Origin: Candidatus Portnoybacteria bacterium
GTDB lineage: Bacteria; Patescibacteriota; Minisyncoccia; Portnoybacterales; GWB1-42-6
Direction of reading: 5' to 3'
Length of the DNA stretch: 53,626 bases
NCBI GenBank assembly: GCA_028688325.1
Contig: JAQTYI010000001.1
Span: 246,994 to 300,619 of the forward strand
In this document: in pieces, positions 8,021 to 16,062 of the stretch
Layout of the letters: each line of letters begins with the position of its first letter
Numbering within the stretch: position 1 is the stretch's first letter
The notes under the pieces: generated by a model
Seen by the model: the letters and a program-made list of their open reading frames with translations, nothing else
Database searches by the model: none
What the model was told of the DNA's origin: nothing
Position numbers and translations under genes: made by a program

Positions 8021-8190
8021 AAGTTTATGCCTTATCTCGGACCATATAAGCTCCCTATATAAGGGGGCTAAAAGCCCTCAAATAAGGCATTTACCCCGTT
8101 AGAAATAACTCTATTCGGCTCTATTCCCTCATAAGAGTATCGGGTTATTTCTAACGGGGTTACCCAACAAAAAATCCCCTCATTGGGGAA
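8021..8190 (-). promoter_or_regulatory. Structured ~170-nt leader of the 3D-domain gene, with a 5' terminator-like hairpin + U6, a 17-bp perfect hairpin and a start-proximal hairpin
   Basis: The minus strand carries TCCCC-aatga-GGGGA-UUUUUU, then ACCCCGTTAGAAATAAC...GTTATTTCTAACGGGGT, then ATGCCTTAT...ATAAGGCAT just 5' of the ATG. Alternative GGGG/CCCC pairings are possible. Confidence 0.35.
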
Positions 8191-8196
8191 TTAAGA

Positions 8197-8225
8197 AGCA
8201 TAGCACAAGCTTGAGGCCGTGTCAA
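8197..8225 (-). promoter_or_regulatory. Sigma70-like promoter (minus strand TTGACA-N17-TATGCT) for the 3D-domain gene leader
   Basis: The reverse complement reads ccTTGACAcggcctcaagcttgtgcTATGCTt. Confidence 0.4.
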
Positions 8226-8263
8226 GGTTTGACGCAAGGAACCGATATCGTGCCCCCGATACC

Positions 8264-8289
8264 AAAAAAGCCCCTTCTGGGGGCTTTTT
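8264..8289 (-). terminator. Hairpin terminator downstream of tRNA-Gly
   Basis: AAAAAAGCCCC-ttct-GGGGGCTTTTT (bidirectional shape). Confidence 0.6.
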
Positions 8290-8313
8290 ATAGATAAGGT
8301 CTAGTGGATAGAG

Positions 8314-8385
8314 AGCGGGTGAGCGGAGTCGAACCGCCGTAATCTGCTTGGAAGGCAGAAGCACTAACCACTGTGCTACACCCGC
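8314..8385 (-). tRNA. tRNA-Gly (TCC)
   Basis: The reverse complement gives GCGGGTG...CACCCGC+U73, anticodon stem-loop TCTGC-CTTCCAA-GCAGA and T-arm GGCGG-TTCGACT-CCGCT. Confidence 0.9.
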
Positions 8386-8391
8386 AAGAAA

Positions 8392-9060
8392 TCATACCTG
8401 TTTGGTTACCGCCTCTATCAAGCCCATTATCTTACGATGCAAGCTTTTAACTCCAGTCAAATCGGTATCTCCTTTTTTAATATATAATTGGGCTGTTCCA
8501 TGCGGCAACTTTCTCTTATTGATGGACGATTTGTTAATTCTTCTATCTAAAACGCTTTCGGAAAATTGTTCAATCGGTATCTGTGTATATTTTGACCAAA
8601 AGATTTTATTGTTTTTTATATCATTATCAGGATAATCATGCAATGTTATCTTAAAATTTTTTATATCAAGATTAAAATAATCTTTGAACCATTTTATGGC
8701 TATCCTGATTATGTCCGGATCTGAATTGATTATTCTTACCTGTTCAAATGCTTTAGACCCCTCGCCCAGATACAAGCCGATGCCCAATATGAGCAGATCC
8801 CTATCGGACAAAATCCCGATATTCTTGATTCCATCCATTTTCCCTTTTTTTATGTCGGCAAGTTTTATTTTCTGTCTAAAAAGAGCCGATTTGAGTTTGG
8901 CCCGGCCAACCCTTTTTACGAGCTCTTTATTTGGAAAAAATTTAATATCATTCAACCAATTACTTAGAGTGCTTTTGGATACATTAAGCCGCTGGCCGAT
9001 CATGGCATACGAATAACCGGCTTTTCGCAATTTTACAGCTTTTATCTTTAATTCATTCAT
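8392..9060 (-). CDS. HTH + LAGLIDADG-like homing-endonuclease-family protein, free-standing between two tRNA genes
   Basis: 222 aa. N-terminal resolvase-type HTH (AGYSYAMIGQRLNVSKSTLSNWL), then a LILGIGLYLGEGS motif resembling LAGLIDADG. The coding DNA is visibly more AT-rich than its flanks. Confidence 0.55.
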   Translation of the reverse strand: MNELKIKAVKLRKAGYSYAMIGQRLNVSKSTLSNWLNDIKFFPNKELVKRVGRAKLKSALFRQKIKLADIKKGKMDGIKNIGILSDRDLLILGIGLYLGEGSKAFEQVRIINSDPDIIRIAIKWFKDYFNLDIKNFKITLHDYPDNDIKNNKIFWSKYTQIPIEQFSESVLDRRINKSSINKRKLPHGTAQLYIKKGDTDLTGVKSLHRKIMGLIEAVTKQV

Positions 9061-9139
9061 CTATCTTATCGTATCATAAGATATTGAGGGGTTCAATATT
9101 TATTTATTAGCAATTTTAAAAAATGACAAGGGTGTTTGT

Positions 9140-9213
9140 TGGTCGGGCTGCTGGGAATTGAACCCAGTCTGCCTGCTCCCAAAGCAGGTGTACTACCGGT
9201 ATACGACAGCCCG
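9140..9213 (-). tRNA. tRNA-Pro (TGG)
   Basis: The reverse complement gives acceptor CGGGCTG/CAGCCCG+A+CCA, anticodon stem-loop CCTGC-TTTGGGA-GCAGG and T-arm CTGGG-TTCAATT-CCCAG. Confidence 0.9.
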
Positions 9214-9385
9214 CGAAAACAAAAGTATTCTCATCTTAACTAAAAAATCACTTTTTTTCAATCCCGCCGGAAATCATCTACGGCCTGCGCCGAACGATAG
9301 GGAAGCGCCCAACGATCTTTAATTGGGTCTAAACCAAAACTGTGAATTGTTGCCCCTCTTATATATATGGTATAATTCCCATAAG

Positions 9386-10330
9386 ATGGAGGTTAAAGTT
9401 TTATTTGTAAAATTAAATCTTTTTCGGGAATGCCGAGAATACGGGTTGAGCCCCTGGCAATGCCCGAGTTTTATTTTTCTTGTTTTGGGCGTGGTCAATA
9501 TCGTGGCGATGCTGAGCACCTATGCCATAGCGAACCGCTATACGGACCAGCCGGAGATCGCCGCGCTGATAGTTATCGGCGTTTCGGCTTTCATTTTTAT
9601 TGTCTCCCAATCCGTAACTCAGGGCTTTGACAAGCTGGCTCAGGCCAATAAACTGAAAACGGAATTCGTCAGCATCGCCTCGCATCAATTGAGAACCCCG
9701 CTGTCAGCCATCCGCTGGTCTTTGAATCTGCTCAAGGGCGGGCGTTGCAGTCCGTCTGAAACCGCTTCTTTTTTGGATCTTATCCAAGAAAACTCTGAGC
9801 GTATGATAAAGCTCGTTAGCGACCTGCTTGATGTTTCGCGGATTGAAATGGGTAAAAACACTTTTATGCCCCGCCAGACAAATATTTATGTCTTGGCGCA
9901 AAAAATCGTCAATGCCTCCGCCCTTTTCGCCAAGGCCAACAATGTTTCAATCTCGCTTGAGGCGCCGGAAAGCTTGCCTAATGTTTATACCGACCCCGAC
10001 AAAATTTTCATCGTCATCCAAAACCTGATAGACAATTCTGTCAAATACATCAAGGGGAAAGGCGAGATTCGCGTCGCGTTGCAACAAGATGACGGCTTTG
10101 TCAGAATGGCCGTCCGGGACACGGGCGTCGGCATCCCCAAATTGCAACAAAAACATATTTTTCAAAAATTTTTCCGCTCCGACAATATAATGAAGCACCA
10201 GACGGTCGGCACGGGGCTGGGCCTGTTTATTTCCAAGGCGGTGGTGGAGCAAAGCGGCGGCAAAATATGGTTTGAATCGGAAGAGGGCAAGGGAACAACT
10301 TTTTATTTTACTTTGCCGATTTATAAATAG
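9386..10330 (+). CDS. Sensor histidine kinase (two TM helices with a minimal loop, HisKA + HATPase_c)
   Basis: H-box SIASHQLRTPL, N-box NLIDNSVKY, G-boxes DTGVGI and GTGLGL. An extended -10 (TGgTATAAT, 9368-9376) lies only ~10 nt before ATG 9386. Confidence 0.9.
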   Translation: MEVKVLFVKLNLFRECREYGLSPWQCPSFIFLVLGVVNIVAMLSTYAIANRYTDQPEIAALIVIGVSAFIFIVSQSVTQGFDKLAQANKLKTEFVSIASHQLRTPLSAIRWSLNLLKGGRCSPSETASFLDLIQENSERMIKLVSDLLDVSRIEMGKNTFMPRQTNIYVLAQKIVNASALFAKANNVSISLEAPESLPNVYTDPDKIFIVIQNLIDNSVKYIKGKGEIRVALQQDDGFVRMAVRDTGVGIPKLQQKHIFQKFFRSDNIMKHQTVGTGLGLFISKAVVEQSGGKIWFESEEGKGTTFYFTLPIYK

Positions 10331-10424
10331 TAAGTTCTAATAACGCGAACTTAAATCCTAATAGCGCGAATAATCCGATTGGCATTATTCGCTAATAATT
10401 AGCGATATTCGCGAACGCTGCACC

Positions 10425-10790
10425 ATGAAAACAATTTTACTCATTGAAGACGAGCCGACCCTTCAAAAGGCCTTGAGCACGGCCCTTTCCCAGGAAGGAT
10501 ATGATGTGAAAAACGCCCTGGATGGAGAGATTGGCTTGCGCCTGGCGCGCGAGACGAAACCGAACATCATTTTACTGGATCTCATCCTGCCCAAAATGGA
10601 CGGCTTTGAGGTCTTGGAAGAATTGAAAAAAGACGATTCGGTCAAGGATATTCCGGTAATCGTTTTAACGAATTTGGAAAGCACCCAGGACATCGAAAGG
10701 GCGCTGGCTTTGGGCGCGACCAATTATCTGGTAAAAGCGAATTATGACTTAAAGGACATCGTGGAAAAAGTCAGAGACAATATCAAATAG
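10425..10790 (+). CDS. Single-domain response regulator (CheY-like receiver only)
   Basis: 121 aa with DE at 8-9, the phospho-acceptor context LLDLILPKMDG and a conserved K near the end. No output domain. Confidence 0.9.
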   Translation: MKTILLIEDEPTLQKALSTALSQEGYDVKNALDGEIGLRLARETKPNIILLDLILPKMDGFEVLEELKKDDSVKDIPVIVLTNLESTQDIERALALGATNYLVKANYDLKDIVEKVRDNIK

Positions 10791-10884
10791 TAACGCCTGT
10801 AACGCGAATCGGGCGGCCAATAATGCGGGTATGAATATTTATCGGCATTGTTCGCCGGCGGTTGGCGTTATCCGCGAATGCTGC

Positions 10885-12645
10885 ATGCGCGTTGAACCGG
10901 AACAATTAAAGGCCTTCCTGTCGGACAGCGGCCTGGTCAACAAAAAACAACTGGAACAGGCCGAAAAAGACGCCGCCGCATCGGGTCAGTCCCTGGATGA
11001 TATTTTGATTAAGTCGGGCCTGGTCAAGCAGGAGGAGATAGTCAAGCTCAAAGCGTATATTCTGGGAATTCCCTTTGTTAATCTGGAGGATGAAAAAATT
11101 CCAGTCGAGGTTTTGCAAATAATTCCCGAGCCCATCGCTAAAAAACAAAATATCGTGGCCTTCCGCAAGGCCGACCGGAATTTGGAAGTGGCCATGCTCG
11201 ACCCGGACGACCTGCAGACCATTGATTTCATCAAGAAAAAAGCCAACCTGCGAATTCTACCGCGCCTAACTTCGGCCGCCAGCATCAAAAACGCCATCCG
11301 GCAATACCAAAAAAGCTTGCAAGCGGAATTCGGCGAGATAATCGGCAACGAAACGAAAGAATTGGCCACCATCGCCGAAAGCAAAGCGGAGGAAGCCGAT
11401 CTGCCCAAAGAAGACCTGGAAAAAGCCGCCCAGGGCTTGCCCATAATTAAAATTGTGGACACGCTGTTGAAGCACGCCATTTTGCAAAAGGCGTCCGACA
11501 TCCATATTGAGCCCATGGAAAAAGACATCATCGTGCGCTACCGGCTCGACGGAATCCTGCATGAGGCCATGACGCTGCCGAAGCAAATCGCCATGGGAGT
11601 GGTCGCTAGAATCAAGGTCTTAGCCAACTTGAAGCTTGACGAACACCGCTTGCCGCAGGACGGCCGGTTCAAAATTGAGGACGGCAACAACAAGATCTCC
11701 TTCCGCGTTTCCGTTCTGCCTGTTTATGACGGAGAAAAGATCGTTATGCGTTTATTGCTGGAAAACTCTCAGGGCTTCACCCTGGAAAAACTCGGTTTTT
11801 GGGGCAGGAACCTGGAAATTTTGCACCGCCAGATAAAAAAACCCACCGGACTCGTTTTGGTCACCGGCCCGACCGGCTGCGGCAAAACCACCACGCTCTA
11901 CACCGTCATGGATATCATCAATACGCCGGAAGTCAATATTTCCACGGTGGAAGACCCGATAGAATACCGCATGCCGCGCATCAACCAAACCCAGGTCAAT
12001 CCCAAGATCGGCCTGACCTTCGCCAACGGCCTGCGCTCTTTGCTGCGCCAGGATCCCGACATCGTAATGGTGGGAGAAATTCGCGATAACGAAACGGCGG
12101 GTTTGGCCATCAACGCATCGCTCACCGGCCATCTTGTGCTTTCAACGCTCCACACCAATTCCGCGGCCGGCGCTTTACCGCGGCTCCTGGATATGGAAGT
12201 TGAGCCGTTTTTAATATCTTCCACCATCAATTGCATTGAAGCCCAGCGGCTGGTGCGCCGGCTTATCCCGGAAAGCCGGGAAAAATATCGCTTGAGCAAA
12301 GACGAGATAAAATCGCTCCGTGACAATATCAACGAAGCCAAGGTGCTTGAAATGTTGCGCGAAGAAAAGCTCATCTCCGCCAACCAGGGCCTTGAAGATA
12401 TTGATTTTTACCGGCCCAAGGCAACGCCGGAAAATCCAGAAGGGTTCAGCGACCGTATCGGCATTCAAGAAGTCATTGAAATATCCGAGTCCATTAAAGA
12501 CCTTATCGTAAAACACGCCACCGCCGACGCTATCGCCAAACAAGCCAAAGCCGAAGGGATGATCACTATGATGGAAGATGGCTTGATCAAGGCCGCCCGC
12601 GGCATCACCTCTCTTGAAGAAGTGTTGCGGGTAACGCAGGAATAG
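10885..12645 (+). CDS. pilB: Type IV pilus assembly ATPase PilB / GspE family
   Basis: N-terminal T2SSE_N-like repeat, Walker A GPTGCGKTT, Asp box, Walker B IVMVGEIRD and His box LSTLHTN. Start at ATG 10885. Confidence 0.9.
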   Translation: MRVEPEQLKAFLSDSGLVNKKQLEQAEKDAAASGQSLDDILIKSGLVKQEEIVKLKAYILGIPFVNLEDEKIPVEVLQIIPEPIAKKQNIVAFRKADRNLEVAMLDPDDLQTIDFIKKKANLRILPRLTSAASIKNAIRQYQKSLQAEFGEIIGNETKELATIAESKAEEADLPKEDLEKAAQGLPIIKIVDTLLKHAILQKASDIHIEPMEKDIIVRYRLDGILHEAMTLPKQIAMGVVARIKVLANLKLDEHRLPQDGRFKIEDGNNKISFRVSVLPVYDGEKIVMRLLLENSQGFTLEKLGFWGRNLEILHRQIKKPTGLVLVTGPTGCGKTTTLYTVMDIINTPEVNISTVEDPIEYRMPRINQTQVNPKIGLTFANGLRSLLRQDPDIVMVGEIRDNETAGLAINASLTGHLVLSTLHTNSAAGALPRLLDMEVEPFLISSTINCIEAQRLVRRLIPESREKYRLSKDEIKSLRDNINEAKVLEMLREEKLISANQGLEDIDFYRPKATPENPEGFSDRIGIQEVIEISESIKDLIVKHATADAIAKQAKAEGMITMMEDGLIKAARGITSLEEVLRVTQE

Positions 12646-12732
12646 CCAGCCAGCTTATCGGTTTGTCAGTCGGTTAGTTTGTCAGTTAAAATTTAAACTG
12701 AAAAACTGAAAAACTGAAAAACTGAATTTATA

Positions 12733-13980
12733 TTGTCCGTATTCATCTACGCCGCAAAATCAATGGCCGGAGAGGAAAAGACCGGCTCGCAGGAAGCCGC
12801 CTCTGAAGCGGATTTGGCTCATGCTCTGCGAGAGCAAGGGTTTATTTTGACTTCCGTGCATCTGGCCGGACAGGCGGCCCCAAGCCAAAAATTGTTTCCG
12901 TCGTTGCTTTCGTTGTTTTCGGCGGATTTTTTATCATTTTTGCTTTCCGTTCCTTTATCGGAAAAGATGATCTTCGCTCGGCATTTGTCCGTGATGATCG
13001 GCGCCGGGCTGGCCATGAATCGGGCGCTGGAGATTTTGGGGCTGCAAACCAAAAATAAATATTTCTCAAAGGTCATCAAAGAAGTCAATATCAGCGTGAA
13101 ACAGGGCCAGGCGCTGGCCGATTCAATGAGCAGATACCCGATGGTTTTTTCCGAGCTTTTCGTCAATATGGTGCGGGTGGGCGAGGCAGGCGGAAATCTG
13201 GAAGAAACATTGAAAATCCTGGCCGGCCAGATGGAAAAGGACTATGAGCTCAAATCAAAAGTCCGCAGCGCCATGATATACCCGGCGATAATCGTCACTG
13301 TTATGCTCGGCATCGGCTTGCTAATGATGGTCGCGGTAGTGCCAAAGCTGACCCAAATTTTCAAAGAAATGGCGATTGATCTGCCTTTAAGCACGCGCCT
13401 TATCATCGGCACCAGCGATATTTTAAGCCAATATTGGGCATTCGGGATATTGGGCCTGATCGCCTTGATCGCCGCATCGCGCCTGGCCGCCAAAACAACA
13501 ACCGGCAAAACATATATTGACTGGGTCATTTTGCGCCTGCCCGTAATCGGCGGCATCAGCAAAAAGATCAATTCCGCGCGGCTGGCCCGGACTTTAAGCG
13601 CACTGATTGAAAGCAGCGTGCCTATTGTCCAGGCATTGCAAATAATCGCCGGCACGCTGAGCAATTCTTTTTTCCGCCGCTCGCTGGAAGAAGCCGCGGT
13701 TATAGTGCAAAAAGGCGCCCAGCTGAGCAAATTCATTGACGACTATCCGCAGCTTTACCCGGCGATGGTGAGCCAGATGATAACCGTGGGGGAGGAAACC
13801 GGAACCTTGGGCAATGTCTTGGCAAAACTGGCGGACTTCTACGAAGAAGAGGTGAGCGATATCACCAAAAGCATCGCCTCCATAATTGAACCGGCCCTGA
13901 TGGTGGCTGTCGGCGCGGCAGTCGGCTTTTTTGCCATATCGATGCTCCAGCCGATGTATTCTCTGATGCAGGGGATGTAG
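12733..13980 (+). CDS. pilC: Type IV pilus platform protein PilC / GspF family
   Basis: Two GspF-like repeats and 3 TM segments, and the gene is adjacent to pilB. The N-terminus FIYAAKSMAGEEKTG fits a TTG start. Confidence 0.9.
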   Translation: MSVFIYAAKSMAGEEKTGSQEAASEADLAHALREQGFILTSVHLAGQAAPSQKLFPSLLSLFSADFLSFLLSVPLSEKMIFARHLSVMIGAGLAMNRALEILGLQTKNKYFSKVIKEVNISVKQGQALADSMSRYPMVFSELFVNMVRVGEAGGNLEETLKILAGQMEKDYELKSKVRSAMIYPAIIVTVMLGIGLLMMVAVVPKLTQIFKEMAIDLPLSTRLIIGTSDILSQYWAFGILGLIALIAASRLAAKTTTGKTYIDWVILRLPVIGGISKKINSARLARTLSALIESSVPIVQALQIIAGTLSNSFFRRSLEEAAVIVQKGAQLSKFIDDYPQLYPAMVSQMITVGEETGTLGNVLAKLADFYEEEVSDITKSIASIIEPALMVAVGAAVGFFAISMLQPMYSLMQGM

Positions 13981-14074
13981 GAGCCTTCTCTGAATTTTCA
14001 ATCCAAGCGGCAACGAAAAGAAAACCTTGCCTTGCGCCATTTTTCCCCAAACAAAAATGTAATTAGAAGTTGAT

Positions 14075-14920
14075 ATGAAAAATCTCGGCTTTACATTGAT
14101 AGAACTGGTGGTCGTGATAGCAATTGCGGTGTTGCTGTTGGGCATAGTCCTGCCCAATTTTAATTTTTTCCAGCGGCAAAGCGCGCTGGAAAGCGCGGCC
14201 CAAGAGGCAATCGGTGTTTTGCGCCTGGCGCAAAACAAAACCCTGTCCTCCGAAGGCGCCAGCTCTTTCGGAGTTTATTTTGAAAGCAATAAATTCACCC
14301 TTTTCAAAGGAACCACTTTCTATCCGTCCTCTCCCGACAACATCGTCTACAACATCAACTCCTCCCTGAAAATTTCCGATGTTAATTTAGGCGGAGGCAA
14401 CTTTTTGGTCTTCAGCCGCTTAAGCGGCGAGACGGCCGATTACGGCTCAATTAAAATCGAAGAGGCAAACAACAGCGCCAGAAATAAAATAATTTTCGTC
14501 GACTCCTCGGGCAATGTTTCGCTGGGGTCTTCTCCGCCCAGCGACCTGAGCCGCAAAAGCGATTCCCGCCATACCGAGTTTTCTTTCAGTCAAAACACCG
14601 CCAACGCGACCACCTTGAAATTATACTGGCCGGGCAACGATGTCACCAAGAACATTGATTATCAGTCCTACTTAAACAGCGACAAAACCGCTTTTTCATG
14701 GGCGGAGACAGTGAGCATAGGCGGCTCTGACCAAGACCTGGAGATTCACACCCACAGTTTAACCTCGTCCAATACGGTTTTTTGCGTGCTTCGCGACCAC
14801 CAAGACAAATACCCGGGGCTGAACATTTATTTGGACAATCAAAATTTGCTGAATTATTCCTATACCGGCACCACCACCAAAGGAACTTCCGTTTGGGCGG
14901 AAAACCCGACCAATCTGTGA
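14075..14920 (+). CDS. Prepilin-type N-terminal cleavage/methylation domain protein (GspH/FimT-like minor pilin)
   Basis: Class III signal MKNLG|FTLIELVVVIAIAVLLL with Glu at +5. Confidence 0.8.
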   Translation: MKNLGFTLIELVVVIAIAVLLLGIVLPNFNFFQRQSALESAAQEAIGVLRLAQNKTLSSEGASSFGVYFESNKFTLFKGTTFYPSSPDNIVYNINSSLKISDVNLGGGNFLVFSRLSGETADYGSIKIEEANNSARNKIIFVDSSGNVSLGSSPPSDLSRKSDSRHTEFSFSQNTANATTLKLYWPGNDVTKNIDYQSYLNSDKTAFSWAETVSIGGSDQDLEIHTHSLTSSNTVFCVLRDHQDKYPGLNIYLDNQNLLNYSYTGTTTKGTSVWAENPTNL

Positions 14921-15006
14921 AACCCGATTGAAAAAAATAAACATAATACGAAAAACGCGCCATTAAAATTAGTGGGTTGTTCAAAGATTTTTAACCGGGC
15001 AAAACG

Positions 15007-15510
15007 ATGAAAAAATTCACCGAAATAAAAATCAAACCGCGCCCCGAACTGGGCATCGGCCTGATAGAAATCCTGGTGGTAGTTTCAATTATCGGCTTAT
15101 CGCTGGTTTCCTTGACGGGGCTTGGCAATTTCGCGCTAAAAATCCAAACTCGCTTAAAACAGAACGCCGTTGCGGCAAACCTGGCCAGCGAAGCCCTGGA
15201 AGCGGCCCGATCCATCAGAGACGGGGGCTGGTCGGATTTGGCCAATATGACCGTTGACGCCCCTTTTCATCCGGCAAAAAACCCTTCGCTCTATCAATGG
15301 ACCATGGCGAGCGGAGAAGAAACCATAGGCGGCTTTACGCGCCGCCTGACCATCAGCAATGTTTTTCGCGACAGCGGTTTTAATATCGTTGAAAGCGGCG
15401 GGACGCAAGACGCGGGCACAAAAAAAATAACCGCCGCCGTTTCCTGGAGCTATAACGGACAAAATTTGCAAATAATCCTTGTTGACTATTTAACCAACTG
15501 GAAACCATAA
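15007..15510 (+). CDS. Pseudopilin-like protein with a divergent class III signal
   Basis: MKKFTEIKIKPRPELG|IGLIEILVVVSIIGL (Gly -1, Glu +5). The stop overlaps the next start by 1 nt. Confidence 0.6.
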   Translation: MKKFTEIKIKPRPELGIGLIEILVVVSIIGLSLVSLTGLGNFALKIQTRLKQNAVAANLASEALEAARSIRDGGWSDLANMTVDAPFHPAKNPSLYQWTMASGEETIGGFTRRLTISNVFRDSGFNIVESGGTQDAGTKKITAAVSWSYNGQNLQIILVDYLTNWKP

Positions 15511-16061
15511 TGATAAATTTTCAATTTTTAAAAAACCGGGGAATAACCGCGGGATTTACATTGATCGAGATGTTGGTTTATATTGCGCTCGTGACCATCA
15601 TCGTTTCGGTCATTGTGGCCTTCAGTTTTTGGATGATCCAGATCAGCGCCAAAGCGAAAGTTAATTCCGAAGTGCTGGCCAATGCCAGGCGCGCCATGGA
15701 AATAATGACTTACGAGATCAGAAAGTCCAAAAGTGTTTACGCCCCGACATCCGTCTTTGATAAAAATCCCGGCCAACTGGGCCTGCAACAGACCGCCGCC
15801 GCCGGCTCCGAAGAGACGACAACCTTTGCGGATTTTTTCATTTGCAACCAGGCCTTGTGTCTGAAAAGAGAAAAAACCCCGCCCATCGCCTTGACCGGCA
15901 GCTCTGTCCGCGTTACCAATTTTTTATTCAACCGGCGGCTAAATTCGCTAAACGCCGAATCCATCCGGATAACGCTGAAAGTTGAATCCCTCGCCTCAAA
16001 CAAACCCGAATACACCAACTCAATAGAGCTGACGGGCGCGGCCAATTTGCGCTCCTACTAA
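15510..16061 (+). CDS. Prepilin-type N-terminal cleavage/methylation domain protein (PilW-like minor pilin)
   Basis: Class III signal ...GITAG|FTLIEMLVYIALVTIIV. Confidence 0.8.
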   Translation: MINFQFLKNRGITAGFTLIEMLVYIALVTIIVSVIVAFSFWMIQISAKAKVNSEVLANARRAMEIMTYEIRKSKSVYAPTSVFDKNPGQLGLQQTAAAGSEETTTFADFFICNQALCLKREKTPPIALTGSSVRVTNFLFNRRLNSLNAESIRITLKVESLASNKPEYTNSIELTGAANLRSY

Positions 16062-16062
16062 A

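Noticed and set aside
8021-8190. Calling the 3D-domain gene leader a cyclic-di-AMP (ydaO) riboswitch.
   Set aside because: I could not find the conserved GGGGACCCA / GGTGAATC / CCCGAACCCG-type blocks I recall for that family. It is reported only as an unclassified structured leader.
12690-12728. A tandem 8-nt ACTGAAAA repeat, and the other word arrays, as possible CRISPR arrays.
   Set aside because: The repeat units are far too short (8-9 nt), there are no unique spacers of 25-40 nt, and no cas genes are present. No CRISPR array exists in this window.
14918-14920. An alternative genetic code (UGA recoding, as in some CPR lineages).
   Set aside because: Well-supported genes end at TGA with normal lengths (for example the pilin gene at 14918-14920 and the 48821-49561 gene). 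No gene family is fragmented by TGA.
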